Position numbers and translations under genes: made by a program
Notes under the pieces: model-generated
What the model was told of the DNA's origin: nothing
The model's database searches: none
What the model saw: the letters and a program-made list of their open reading frames with translations, nothing else
Part shown: positions 34,035 to 34,698 of the stretch, piece by piece
Layout: every line of letters begins with the position of its first letter
Position numbering within the stretch: position 1 is the first letter of the stretch
Assembly: GCA_963713605.1 (NCBI GenBank)
Contig: CAVQMO010000006.1
Span: 1 to 34,698 of the forward strand
DNA: 34,698 bases
Reading direction: 5' to 3'
DNA from: an uncultured Nitrososphaerales archaeon
GTDB taxonomy: Archaea > Thermoproteota > Nitrososphaeria > Nitrososphaerales > Nitrososphaeraceae

Positions 34035-34242
34035 TCAACGTGCGAAACCAGATACACTTCCTGTGTCGTTTGCGTTAGTCTGATTTGACCCCCCAGTATT
34101 GTTCGCGGGCTGAAGTTTGGTTGCTATCAATAGTAGCATTTCCCTGAGCGGATGACTCCGGTACAGGCGACGTCAAAATCGCTAGGCTTAGAGTGAATGT
34201 CAGCACCATTACGACTGCCAGTGTTGAAGTGAATGTTCGCAT
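34035..34242 (-). CDS. Small secreted peptide B, 68 aa (MRTFTSTLAVVMVLTFTLSLAILTSPVPESSAQGNATIDSNQTSAANNTGGSNQTNANDTGSVSGFAR)
   Basis: Not in ORF track. Signal peptide ending SSA|Q. Needs -1 nt (GGG 34107-34109 or C6 34089-34094; same C-terminus either way). TATA at 34264-34271; stop lies 8 nt before the receptor B ATG. Confidence 0.75.
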
Positions 34243-34263
34243 GGCTTTGATTTACGTATCGGC

Positions 34264-34271
34264 TATAAAAA
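34264..34271 (-). promoter_or_regulatory. TATA box of the peptide B/receptor B unit
   Basis: TTTTTATA 21 nt upstream of ATG 34242, nearly the same spacing as in unit A. Confidence 0.65.
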
Positions 34272-34698
34272 CAGTTCTGTGAGCACAAAAATTGTCGAGA
34301 AGTGTCCATGACGAGAACGTATTAGTTCTTACGCATTGCAGTAAATCCATCTTGACTATATTCTGGAACTAGACTAGATAAAGAAATCCGAATATAAGAT
34401 GTGTAGGGGATAAAGGAATAATATTAACTTCAAATAGAATATTCCTAAGGACGAAAAGCAAGTTTATGAATACTTAAGCGCGAAATGAATCAACAGAAAT
34501 AGATCTAAGTTACAGTCGTAACTTTGATTTGTTTAAATAATAACGATATTACAATGAATGCTAATTTTAGAGGAGTGGGGCGCACATGCACAAGCGATTT
34601 GGGATGATCAGAGACCAGTAATTAGTTGTAGAGAGAGGAAGGGGAGTTTCAATTCTCCTATTAGACGCATTTCGAGACCTAGAATAGTTCCTGTACAA

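Noticed and set aside
34127..34309. 60-aa Cys-rich ORF as a RiPP or metal-binding peptide
   Set aside because: It overlaps peptide B in another frame; peptide B has the signal peptide, TATA spacing and similarity to peptide A.

Overview
Low-GC archaeal DNA whose gene families (stand-alone CheY-like receiver, PsbP-like protein, repeated PQQ glucose/sorbosone dehydrogenases, GNMT-repeat secreted protein, TATA boxes ~22-30 nt before start codons) point to soil ammonia-oxidising archaea (Nitrososphaeraceae); this is an inference. Many genes are broken by single-base indels, often in homopolymers, which looks like uncorrected long-read error, so several ORF-track entries are fragments of one gene. 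Left (0.5-5.3 kb): response regulator, C2H2 zinc-finger gene, a decayed subtilisin copy, an RHH gene, two tandem repeats and an S8 protease with an intact catalytic triad. Centre (5.4-29.7 kb): a surface-glycan/EPS locus with GT2/GT4 transferases, a CE4 deacetylase plus formyltransferase, an epimerase, a WbpE/B/D-like module, a flippase, two large GT-C-like membrane proteins, two GSDH paralogues and a secreted protein with 17 tandem N-glycosylation sequons. Right (30.1-34.3 kb, minus strand) is the most interesting part: two tandem cassettes, each a small secreted peptide gene missing from the ORF track (signal peptide, SAQGNAT, sequon-rich spacer, G[NS][IV]SG, short variable tail) directly upstream of a ~10-TM membrane protein, followed by a decayed sensor-kinase-type gene. 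This looks like a candidate archaeal peptide-ligand/cognate-receptor signalling system.
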